This document shows, piece by piece, positions 34,930 through 44,387 of a stretch of DNA of 44,387 nt. The DNA is from Ascoidea asiatica JCM 7603 (lineage: Eukaryota; Fungi; Ascomycota). The stretch spans positions 212,052 through 256,438 of the forward strand of contig BCKQ01000003.1 in NCBI GenBank assembly GCA_001600695.1, in the 5' to 3' direction. Below the pieces are notes generated by a model. It saw nothing but the letters and a program-made list of their open reading frames with translations, did not search any database and was not told the DNA's origin. The translations under genes and the position numbers were made by a program. How positions within the stretch are numbered: the stretch's first letter is position 1; the number at the start of each line of letters is the position of its first letter.

Positions 34930-36629
34930 TGCTTCATGTTTTACTAACAGTAGCATCGCAATATGTTTTTCACATAAATTAAAAACAAAACTAAATCCTG
35001 AAAAGAAGGGTGTTTGCACTTTATGCTGTCATTGCATCCTACTGTTTGATAAGCTGCAGGCAAATGGCATTTAGGAAAATATTGGGAAATGTTCAGCCTC
35101 AAGAACAGTGATAAGTTCATAACGTCGCAGAAAGAATTTGAGATCTGTAACCTTTTGAAGGTTTCTCTGATAATCTTTGTGTAGACTTAACTTTGACAAT
35201 TAATTTACCCGGCTACCTTCAATAAGTTTCAATCAAAACTAAATCTCTCATTTAAGTTGAATAAGAAGATTTACCCATTTCAATGGAACTAATTGGATTA
35301 GATTATTCCTATTGATGGATAGTAATTATTGTTTTCCTCACTTAAATCAAGAAATTGAATTGTCTGCAATTTCAACTACGGAATAAAGGAGTTCTTTCAT
35401 ATGAACAGAAGTATTTTTTATTGAAATTTCCTGTATCCTGGAAAGTGAACTAATCTTTTTTTATTTGCTTTAGTTTCCATGAAACTCCCATAACTCCAGA
35501 AAAAACTTTTCACAAAAATTACTCTTTATAATTATCAATTTATTTCCATTTTTCCCAAGGAATTTTACAGCAAAAGATATAGAAAAAAATATTTGTTTCC
35601 TAATTAAAACAGGTATTTTATTTACTTAATATTTATTTCTGTTTAAATTATCCCATACAAACAGTTCTCAGGACATTTTCTCGGAGGATTGTTCTTTCGT
35701 TGACGGAAAAGCAGTCATTTCTTCCTTTTCAAGATTTTTTTAGACAAACAATTGCAATTTTATGATATTATTATTGTAACGTGAGAGATCCTTTCAATTC
35801 CAGTTTATTGTCTGTAAACTTCATTATTATCATAATCAGTTAACTGATATAGTTAATGGCTCATTTTTTTTATTCTTCTAACCGGTTTTGTTTACAATGA
35901 ATTAATATTTCTGCGATACCGGATCGTGATGAAACATAATTGAGCTTTTGTATATTGAAATTAAAGTATAATATTACTCGGGTAATATTTTTTTTTTGTT
36001 TTCACATAAATGTTATTCTTTTGTATTTATCATACCAGAAAGTTTACTCTTTTAGAGTTTCACCCTTTTCAGGCTATTAAACTGCTTAAAAAATCGGAAA
36101 AAGGTGTGGTAAAATAATGTAAATATTGAAAAAAAGAATCGAAGGTTAAATCTTCTAAGCGAATATTTTAGCTGGTGATGAAGAAACTAACCCTCATGAG
36201 GGTGCCACTCTTTTACAGTAAATTCATAAACTTCATTTGACTGCTCGTGCTGATTCTTCTTTTTTACTTCTTTTTATTTTTTTAATCGAAGAAATTCTCA
36301 AAAAAAATATCGATTACATATAATATACATTAACCATTATTGAAAAAATAAAAAATAAAATTAATCCCAATAGAATTTCAACAAGTAAATTCTAGAACTG
36401 TATTGCACGATCATACCCACGTAAAAAAACGAATACAAATATATCCTTTAATAAAGAAAAGAAAAAACGAGACGAAATAAAATTAAACAAACAAAAGAAG
36501 AGATAAAAAATTATAGATAGAATATGTTGATGGACTTTTGAAAAAACATAATATAGATTAATTCCATTGATTATGAGTTAAAAAGAAAAAAAGGAAAAAG
36601 AAAAAGAATTTAAAAAATGCAAAATATAA

Positions 36630-39600
36630 TTATTTGCTCTTAGGATATAAACTTGAACTACTTGTAATAATCCCACTATTTGATGCTGAAGATATTGGTG
36701 GAGGTAACTGACGAGGCGAATTTGAATTTAAATGATTATGAAAAGGTGAATCATACACATTTTCTATGATTATATTAGATTGAGGAACATAATTTTGTGG
36801 TCTTGGTAAAATAGGTGGTAAAAATATTCTTTGCTTATTCATTTCAATTGGAATACGATTGAAAGAAGGCTGTGGAAGTTGTAAAGATTGGGTAAACAGT
36901 TGTTGTTGTTGTTGTTGTTGTTGTTCATGTTGCTGATTTTGGTAATATCCAATTCTATTTAGTGAACTATTGCTACTACTATGATCAGTAATATCAAAAT
37001 TATTTCCAAACTTATTATTATTTTCACTCCATTGATTATATTTAGAAAATCTATCAAAAGGAAGAAATGAATGAGATGTAGTTTTAATACCTGAAAATGA
37101 TACTTCCCTATTTTTTGAAGACAAAGGCCCATTATCAATATTTGAAGAATAATAATCTTGCCTTTGACCTTGAATTTGATCTTCCATAGATTGTTGAAAT
37201 TGATTTTGGAGATTATTTTGATTTCCTTCTTGATAATCAAATTCTGATGCTGGTTTAAATTCTGGTTTATTGAACATTGGAAATACTTTATTTTTATTAT
37301 CATTATAAAACTCGGATTTATTTAATATATCAGGAATATTTGGTCTTGAGGAAGATAAAACAGAAGTTAATCCTATAGATGAAGGAGATTCGGATTTTGT
37401 ACGACTAATTATAGATGAATCTATATTTTCTTCATTATATTCAGAATTCATGTTTCCTTTCAATCCATTTATTTCTTGACCAAATCCTAAATAAATATTG
37501 TCCATTGTTATTCTAAAGAATTTTATAAAAGAATCAATTGAATTGGAAATTGAATTTGGAGCTGATGGTTCAATTGAAATTATACAAGAAGATGGATTTG
37601 AAGGTGTTGGTGAACTAGCACCAAATTTCACAAAATATAACCAATTTATAAAAAGCTCATCTATTGTTTTCAAATATTTAAATAACATACTATTATTAAT
37701 ATAGTTTTCATCATCAGCATTATGTTTTTTGTTTTTACTCTTGGAATCTTTAATATTATCTAAACTCTCATTTAAATCATCTTCATCAGAATTTTCACTG
37801 AAAAAATCTAAGTTTGATTCATTTAATTTCATTTCTTTGATTAAATAAATAATTGATTGAAGAATTGGAGAATCCATTAATCCTTTGATTTTTGTTTTAC
37901 TATTTGGATCCTTTGGATCATGTTTCAATTTGAGAAAAAGTTTAATTAATATTAAAAAATTTTCAATTAGAAATTTCTCAAAATGTATAGGCAATTTAAG
38001 AAAATATTTTAGAAAAATTAAATGATTATTATTATTCATGAATAATGAAGAAGGAAAATCTGAATTTAAGCTATCATTCACTGGACTCAATGAATTAATT
38101 AAATAGCCAATAAATAACAAAGGTAAAGAAGTAAGACCTAAATTATTATTTATTACTGTCTTAGCATTGAAATTAATATCATTATTATTTTTATTTAATA
38201 TTGAATATTTGAAAACATTACTTTTAGAATCTTCAAAAGATGAACCAAAAAAAGCTAAGAGAGATTTGATTTTAAAATCATTTGAATTATTTTCATTAAT
38301 TGAAACTTCAACAAAATTTGATAAAGAAATTGGATATAATGAATTATTAATATTTTTATTTTTTATTAAAGTTTGATCAATAAAATTATCATTATCATAA
38401 GTAAATTCACGAATAGTCAAATACAAAAGATCCCAATGAATTTCATTATTTGGAATAATTAGATAATTTATTAATAAGTCTTGTATTAATTTATTATTAC
38501 AATTAATTAAAAACTTTTTCTTAAATATTATAACCAAATTATAAATATTTATTAGATCTTGATTAATATTGTTATTTATTAACATATCACTAAAGTTATT
38601 CATATTCAATAAAGGATTTGAAGAATTTATAACAATATTATCAACAAAATTACTATTATCACTTGAATTATTTATTGAGTTATTTTTGATATTAATTGTA
38701 TTATTGAGATTAGTGTTATTATGATTCATTCTTGAGTTAGTATTAAAGTGTTGATAATTTGAGTTACTATTTAAAGATTTATTTGCCATTATTATTGAAT
38801 TATGAATATTATTTTTTGAATTATTGAATAAATTATTATTTAAAATTGAATATTTTAAACTTTGTAATTCATTTGATAAACTCATAATTATACAATTTTC
38901 TCTTAAAGATAGATTTTTGAAGAAAAATTGATTTGTTGAAATTGTTGAGTTTAATTCATTTTCATTAGTTTTACTAATAATATTTTTTAGCAAAGAATCT
39001 GAATTTTTTGTTAAACTAGTTAAAATTGAGTGAAGATTTTCATTATTATTATTTGAATTTGAATTTGATTTTTTAGAATTATCAGTATTATTATATGGAG
39101 AAGATAAATTTTTTAATAGAAACATCTGATGAACCTTTGGTGGTTTTCTATTATAATATAAAGCATATTTTGATAATATGTTATATATATACCAATAATT
39201 AAAAATTTCAGTTATTTGATTAATATCATTTTGTAATAAATTATTTGTACTTGTGACTAAAGTAAATAAAGCATCATCAAGATAATTAAAGATTGTATGA
39301 ATTGAAATAATTTTATTATCATTTTCATTATCAATATTATTAATATTATTATTATCTATAGATGAATTTGAATTTGAATTGAATTGAGTTTTAAAATAAT
39401 TTAAAGATATATAAGCTAAAATAGTTAAAGGTTGAATAATTTCAATTGGTTTATTGATATTCTTTAGTAATAAATTACAAGATTTATTAAAAAATTGTAT
39501 ACAATGATTAAATTTTGAAAATTCAGCAGATCCAAAAGCTAAAATTGCAAAAAATAAAGAGGAATTATTAATTGAATGTAAATCATAAATTGAGTTACTA

Positions 39601-40382
39601 TTATTATTATTATTATTATTGCTGTTATTATTATTGAAATTATTGAAAGGAATTGTTAAAGAAGTTAATTTATTTAAATTACTAATTACAGGTAATTTAA
39701 TATTTGAAATAGTACCCCAAATTAAAAAATAATTTGAAATTAAGTTGAAATTTAAAATATTTTTTGAATTTTTTTTAATAATATTTATATTTATATTATT
39801 TTTAATGAAAAATTGTTTATTATATGGAATTAATTGATTATTTATGAAAAATAAATTTGAAAATTTTCTACTTAAAGTTAATAACAAAATTAAATTTCTC
39901 TCAGATAATGAATAAAAATTTGAAGTTATTATTGTTGAAGATTGATTATTTGAATCTAAATTTAAATTATTTATTAGACTTAAATTCAAATCTTTTTTAT
40001 TGTTATTATTAATAGAAGATTGTTTTCTTTTATTTGATTTTGAGATTTTATTTTTATTTAAAATTACTGATTTATTATTATTATTATCTTCAATTGATTT
40101 TTCAATTTCATTATCTATAGATATTATAGGTTTAGATTTTGAACTTGAAGTTACATTTGAATTAGAAGTTGAAGTAATGGAAGTATAAGTTGTTGAATTT
40201 AATTCATTATGAACAGTTCTTAAATGTCTTTGTAATAAATCTCTTCTAACGAATTTTGATAAACATATTGTACAATTATATGGTTTTTCATTTGTATGAG
40301 ATCTTTCATGTCTTGATTTATGTTCAGATCTTGAAAAAGTTTTTGAACAAAATGAACATATATATCTTCTTGTTGAAGGCAT
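36630..40382 (-). CDS. Adr1-family two-finger C2H2 transcription factor (YGR067C-like)
   Basis: N-terminal YICSFCSKTFSRSEHKSRHERSH..KPY.C..C...FVRRDLLQRHLRTVH; long helical middle region; C-terminal LPP motifs. Confidence 0.88.
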   Translation of the reverse strand: MPSTRRYICSFCSKTFSRSEHKSRHERSHTNEKPYNCTICLSKFVRRDLLQRHLRTVHNELNSTTYTSITSTSNSNVTSSSKSKPIISIDNEIEKSIEDNNNNKSVILNKNKISKSNKRKQSSINNNNKKDLNLSLINNLNLDSNNQSSTIITSNFYSLSERNLILLLTLSRKFSNLFFINNQLIPYNKQFFIKNNININIIKKNSKNILNFNLISNYFLIWGTISNIKLPVISNLNKLTSLTIPFNNFNNNNSNNNNNNNSNSIYDLHSINNSSLFFAILAFGSAEFSKFNHCIQFFNKSCNLLLKNINKPIEIIQPLTILAYISLNYFKTQFNSNSNSSIDNNNINNIDNENDNKIISIHTIFNYLDDALFTLVTSTNNLLQNDINQITEIFNYWYIYNILSKYALYYNRKPPKVHQMFLLKNLSSPYNNTDNSKKSNSNSNNNNENLHSILTSLTKNSDSLLKNIISKTNENELNSTISTNQFFFKNLSLRENCIIMSLSNELQSLKYSILNNNLFNNSKNNIHNSIIMANKSLNSNSNYQHFNTNSRMNHNNTNLNNTINIKNNSINNSSDNSNFVDNIVINSSNPLLNMNNFSDMLINNNINQDLINIYNLVIIFKKKFLINCNNKLIQDLLINYLIIPNNEIHWDLLYLTIREFTYDNDNFIDQTLIKNKNINNSLYPISLSNFVEVSINENNSNDFKIKSLLAFFGSSFEDSKSNVFKYSILNKNNNDINFNAKTVINNNLGLTSLPLLFIGYLINSLSPVNDSLNSDFPSSLFMNNNNHLIFLKYFLKLPIHFEKFLIENFLILIKLFLKLKHDPKDPNSKTKIKGLMDSPILQSIIYLIKEMKLNESNLDFFSENSDEDDLNESLDNIKDSKSKNKKHNADDENYINNSMLFKYLKTIDELFINWLYFVKFGASSPTPSNPSSCIISIEPSAPNSISNSIDSFIKFFRITMDNIYLGFGQEINGLKGNMNSEYNEENIDSSIISRTKSESPSSIGLTSVLSSSRPNIPDILNKSEFYNDNKNKVFPMFNKPEFKPASEFDYQEGNQNNLQNQFQQSMEDQIQGQRQDYYSSNIDNGPLSSKNREVSFSGIKTTSHSFLPFDRFSKYNQWSENNNKFGNNFDITDHSSSNSSLNRIGYYQNQQHEQQQQQQQQLFTQSLQLPQPSFNRIPIEMNKQRIFLPPILPRPQNYVPQSNIIIENVYDSPFHNHLNSNSPRQLPPPISSASNSGIITSSSSLYPKSK

Positions 40383-41099
40383 AATGATAAGATTTAGAAT
40401 GATTAAGAATAATTTAATATGATTTGATAAGATTTAGTATAATTATGAAATATGATAATGAATTGAACTAATTGTATATAATTGGATATATTTTTGAATA
40501 TATATATATGAATAGTTTATAGTTTATGAAAATGGATATAAAATATATAGATTAAAATGACTATTAATATTAAAATGAGTATCAAAAAAGATAACTGGAG
40601 ATTGATATAATCTAGAAATAGGTAAAAAGTATGTGGAGGATAATCAAAATTTAAAAAGATTATTGTATGATGTCAAATATATATTATATTATATATATAT
40701 GATTTAAAATGAATAAACAAATCTTAATAAATGTTAAATATATTTTATTAAGTTTAGTGATATTGAGATATTAAATATGAATAAGCTTAAAATTATGTTC
40801 TTAAGAAACTAAGTATTAAAGATGGACAAATGGATTAAAAATATTATTTAGATTTTATAAGATTTATTTAAAAGGTTATATATATCATTCATTCATTCTT
40901 TTGTAGATTTAGAATGAAAAGTTGATTTACATTTACATATAAATAATGACAGTAATAGATATATATATATATATATAATTTTGAAATGGAATTTTTGAAG
41001 GATATCTTCTTTTATATATTGATTTTATTCTTCCTGGACTCTGTAATTTAATTTGTAACTAAGATTTATATTTATATTTATATTTATATTTATATTTAT

Positions 41100-43200
41100 T
41101 TATATTTATTTGGTATCTTGTTTTGGATACCCTTTGTAACAGGAATTCAAATACCTGGAAAAGCACACAGAAATGCGCAGGATACAGGGGATGTTCGCGT
41201 ATCGAAATCTGAAGAGGATGAAAAGAAACCCCTCTTTTCCCGATTTCAGGCATCGCATAAGCAGGAAACCCGGTCGGAATTGAAATCCATCGCCACCCAT
41301 GCTCTCCTCCATATTGGACCAAATTGACGGAATCCCGTTAGTAAGCTGTGGATTTCATTCGCTGTGCACCCCCTTGTAAGCAAAAAAACGGGAGAAAGGT
41401 GTCCCACTTGGCTACCCCGCGCAGTTTTTCCGGATTCTGAGTTGAAGACGCGGTTGCCGACCACTTTGATTAATTAATTAATCACACGCACAAAAACTAT
41501 CAAAGAAATAATGTTATCACCGGCAGTAGAGAAGTAAAAAAAAAATGAAATTCAATCACCAGAATGATATGAAATCCATCACCAGAATCTTGAAAAAAAC
41601 TCTAGACTCTAGGATATAACAACAAAAATCTAGTGATCAAAGGTTTGTTATTCCTATTCGGATTCGCAAATGCTAAATCGACTAATATTCGGTAATTTTA
41701 CCAGCAGGGTAGTCTTGTGGCTCCTCTTAAACCCCACCAGTAAAGAATCAAACACACCAAAACCCCCTCCTCCGGCACCAGATAACCTGGGAAGAGCTAG
41801 TGAGTTCTTACTAGGGACCTTGTTATGGCTCTTTCAACACAGCATAACCACCAAAAACACCAAACCCACGCTTATGCAGTCTGTTCTATCATCAAAGTGA
41901 AGTTCTTTCAAAGAACAGAAAGGCACCTGGTGATACCCAGGGCCAATCAGAAATTTACTTGGGAAATGCCACTGAAGCACTGCAAAGAGTGAAGCACCCC
42001 CATTCTCCACCCCAGGTCATGCCGCGATTCACCCCCAATCCGCGACTCTGAGAAAGATTGTGAGTCAAGAAAAAGAACAGCAGAAATTATGAATAAACAC
42101 ACAAACCCACAAAAGAAGCTGAAGACGCAAAAGACTCAGTTCTTCTTTTGTTCTTTCACCCTGTACCCTTGGTTTCTTTTCTATGATCCAGGGCGTAATT
42201 CGCCATGGAGTAGATTTTATTCCCTAAGAAAATACAAAATACTTAAAAAGCAAAATTTATCAGAATATACTCGTCTTTTTAATAGCATATACTATTAGAT
42301 ATACTTATTGAAGTATCAGATGGCTTACATTTATTCTACTCTATTTTATTCCAGACATACTCTACAAAAAGAATATTAATTAACATTGTCTACAGTAATA
42401 TTATTTATCAGTAAACAATCAATTCAAAAACACCCCAATTCCTATCATTATTTCAACTAAATGTTAGCGGGGCAATGGAAACTTCTCCCAAAGTTAAGTT
42501 GTGCCAGTTTTGAATATTTGAATTATTACTGATTAAGAACAGCACCTAGTAATACTAGAGTTTCAGTGTTATTTCCTCGGACTTTTCATTATTTTTTTTG
42601 CGACTCGTGATACCGCATTTTAATGCACACCACCAGATGGTGCGCTGATACGCATTTTGAAGAATCCGGATATTCTCGGCCTATGTTTAAAGTCACATGA
42701 GCAAGCCCTCGTAACTCAGAAAGCTGTTTTTTTTTCGGGCAGCACGCGTATTTACCCGATTTACTTGTTTCGGTTAATTTCAGCGGCTTTCCACAGCGCC
42801 ACAACATCAGCATCATATTTCTATTTTTGTCAAACTCCGGAGTTTCACGATCCTCTCGTTTTAATGAAACCAAATGTCTATTTGTGGCATTCGAATAGCT
42901 CTTCAGCCACTCCGACAACAATTAAAGGTAATTAAGGCCCCCTCTATAAACTGAACAAGGGAATGTGCGCTAGCACCAAACGCAAGTGCTCACTTCGTAT
43001 TTACTTCACCATTTCCGGGGAAACGATAAATTGCTTATTTTTTTGCGGTACTCCTTTTTTTTGTCGGGAAATCCTAAAAATCAACATTGGGAAATTTCAT
43101 TAAACCCGTGGCCCACTAATATTATTGGAACTTTCCCGAGTATCTTTAAAAACAATCAAAATCCCATTTTGCAAACCAGTGCTTGGAAATTAATTTTACT
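41100..43200. promoter_or_regulatory. Extended GC-richer upstream control region of the C2H2 factor with Mig1/CreA-type boxes
   Basis: No credible ORF. SYGGGG boxes occur at 41415, 41732 and 42010 (minus strand) and at 42467 and 43015 (plus strand). Confidence 0.45.
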
Positions 43201-43289
43201 CGTAATTCTAAAATATCAAAATATGTTAGGTTTTTAAATAAACTTTTGCTATCATAAAAATAATAATAATTATATTAATATCCTTAACA

Positions 43290-43955
43290 ATGAACTATGA
43301 TGAAAATTTTTAACAAAATCTAATTAATGATTATATTAGTTTAAAACATCAATTTGTAGTACAAAAATTTATTGATTAAATCTGTCCATTGAAAATAAAT
43401 TCTTAAATGCTTAAAGTGCAACAGAACCTGTTAAAATGTTTATAATTGGTGAAGAAAAATTCAATAATACTAACTATTTTTCAAAAGATTGATACAGGCA
43501 TCAAAAAGATTCAAGTCATTTTTTAATAAAAACAAATCAAACAAGTCTCCTTAGATCAACAAATTTACTCCATTTTCAAATGCACAAATATTTCGAACTA
43601 CAAAGTTTACGATTTCTCATTTATATAAAATCTTTGGATGAAGATTTAGCTTCTTTAATAACTTAAGTTTTATTCTAAAAGATGATTCTGAAAATTTGTT
43701 TATATTATCAAAATCAAAAGATTCTAATTCAAGTCATATAAAATCTTTTATTAATGGAAAATTTACAAAATTATTACCAAATAACAATATTACCATATAG
43801 TCAGTTCAATATTTTAATAATGATCCATTTTTAAATTTGATTCTGTTTTTAATGATTTAAAACATGATAACCACACTGATTCAGAAACTGATTTAGATAA
43901 TGATTCAGATGCTCAGTTAAAGATTGATTCACAAGCTCATTTGTATTATCAATAG
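43290..43955 (+). pseudogene. Decayed ORF
   Basis: MNYDENF*QNLINDYISLKHQFVVQKFID*..., then coding-like frames broken by stops and frameshifts, ending ..HTDSETDLDNDSDAQLKIDSQAHLYYQ*. Confidence 0.35.
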
Positions 43956-44324
43956 TTTAATTTTAATTTTATTTAATATTTTGCTGATTATTATTACATT
44001 ACATTAATAATATATCTTATTATTTTGTAATTTATGGAACTTTAAGGTCAAAAAGATGAAAATGATCCTCGAAATCACAATTACAAATACCCCCCCCCCC
44101 CCTAGTTTTTCAAGATGATTCTTCAGACAACAATAATAAGACACTTATAAATGAAACTTCTGAACAATTTCATGAAAGAATAAAAAGATTTATAACTTTT
44201 GAAGAATTTGAAAAAAAGTTATAGGCTAAATCATTATCAAACAGATTCTTATATCCATATAAACTGTGATTTAAGAATCATTGAAAATAGCCTGTCATCG
44301 TAGTTTTTTTGTAGAAAAAGGAGA

Positions 44325-44358
44325 ACTAACTCCCTTGTTTATATATAAGGGAGTTAGT
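44325..44358. repeat. 12-bp perfect inverted repeat with a 10-nt loop
   Basis: ACTAACTCCCTT-gtttatatat-AAGGGAGTTAGT. Confidence 0.85.
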
Positions 44359-44387
44359 AAGGAACAAAAGAATATGAAATTGATGTC

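Noticed and set aside
35250-35390. FNGTNW peptide reminiscent of a copia gag start, upstream of tRNA copy 3
   Set aside because: The open frame is only about 40 codons, with no LTR, PBS or further retroelement motifs.
35835-36203. 14-bp palindromes at 35835-35848 and 36190-36203
   Set aside because: A few palindromes of this length are expected by chance in 44 kb of AT-rich DNA.
42670-42700. TTCTCGGCCT resembling the U2 snRNA 5' end
   Set aside because: It lacks the invariant GTGTAGTA branch-pairing sequence.
41059-43237. Short ORFs in the terminal GC-richer region
   Set aside because: They overlap on both strands, have non-host codon usage, often lack an ATG start, and show no motifs.

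Overview
Very AT-rich budding-yeast (Saccharomycotina) chromosomal DNA whose proteins carry long poly-Asn tracts. The style resembles Ascoidea-like yeasts; this is an inference, not a database match. Bases 1-23 kb are a dense run of core genes: a KNS1-like LAMMER kinase (cut by the window edge), a C2H2 factor, chitin deacetylase, RTS3, an orphan ORF, a MINDY deubiquitinase, MPC1, RSA1, SEC61, OST3 and a kinase with a degenerate FHA domain. MPC1 appears to need two introns around a 2-nt microexon. Bases ~23.8-35 kb are a gene-poor accessory segment bounded and subdivided by three identical tRNA-Gly(GCC) genes. Two of these, with shared flanks, form an inverted repeat around a secreted PL1 pectate lyase. 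The rest of the segment holds gene relics, a CPCR2/SADH-type alcohol dehydrogenase with an NADP-type motif, and a Sac7-like RhoGAP lacking the arginine finger. The window ends with a YGR067C-like C2H2 factor, its long GC-richer upstream region and a decayed ORF.
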